Shown here piece by piece: positions 63,276 to 64,000 of a stretch of DNA of 64,000 bases (position 1 is the first letter of the stretch; each line of letters starts with the position of its first letter). The position numbers were made by a program, and so were the translations under genes. The notes under the pieces were generated by a model. It worked only from the letters and a program-made list of their open reading frames with translations. It was not told the origin of the DNA and did not search any database. Source of the DNA: Phoronis australis (taxonomy: Eukaryota; Animalia; Phoronida); assembly GCA_002633005.1 (NCBI GenBank), contig NMRA01000330.1:1-64000 (forward strand), written 5' to 3'.

Positions 63276-64000
63276 AATTCGTTGATCAAAACGGAAAGTT
63301 ATAAACATCGCAGATTTTTGACGGGTAACCGGGGGAAAATGGGAGATTGGGTATTTTTGGCTCATTTCCAAGGTACCTATAACGGTTCACTAGTTGAACT
63401 TGACCTCAGAAAAACCTAAAATATTTGTTTATCATTGCGAGTATTTGAGTACACTCGTTCGACATGTACACGGTCACCCAATTGTAGCCTCGACAACAGT
63501 GTTTTCCACATGTTGGAATTCTTTACCAACAACTCATAGTGACCATTTTCGAAAGGGATACTATTCTTGTGATACCATGGGAAACAGTAACATTATTTTG
63601 TAACTAACCATTGAAAATTGCCCTTTTGTGTAGTTAACAAATAGCGGTCTTCAAGTTCTTCAAAATTCCACCCTTTCGATTTTGGTCAACTCTCTTGTTT
63701 TTTTTTCACATTTTTTGGTTGTTTGGGTCGAATGTCTTGATACTACTGTGCTGTGCACGAATGTTTTGTATTTTTTAATGGAATCTCAAGCTCCCTCGTG
63801 AAAACTAGGAAGTGTCGTATCTACATGTATACAGGGACAAAGAGACATTTTTCCGAACTGCTCCACCGAGAGAGGGTCCCGTCTGAAATAGGACACCTTA
63901 ATTATGAAAGGCTAAACAGAAAAGAGTGACAGTTTATTCCACCGCCGTGTGGTCACAAGACGGTGCAGGCAGTGACCTTCCTCAACATGAAAGTCGGTTG

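Overview
Eukaryotic, AT-rich, intron-containing animal genomic DNA, not a prokaryotic locus, so most ORFs in the supplied track are spurious. An invertebrate deuterostome such as a hemichordate is my inference only. The core is a complete three-exon Distal-less (Dlx) homeobox gene on + (CDS join 19147-19435, 24513-24688, 30664-31053; 284 aa). It faces a convergent MICOS10/MIC10 gene on - (59589-59667, 56958-57005, 54895-55004, probable last exon 52792-52803). One class III (guanylate) cyclase catalytic-domain exon lies at 666-785 (-), with no recognisable partner exons. The rest is non-coding: candidate Dlx cis-regulatory modules, several MITE families (two with 5-bp target-site duplications, some nested), tRNA-derived fragments, minisatellites, possible decayed genes, and two 'n'-separated tandem duplications that look like uncollapsed haplotypes. 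I found no convincing new biological system. The best leads are a BMP/Smad-type motif cluster upstream of Dlx, two atypical homeodomain residues, the 5-bp-TSD MITE families, the orphan cyclase exon and two unidentified coding-like regions. All coordinates and motif searches were done by eye.
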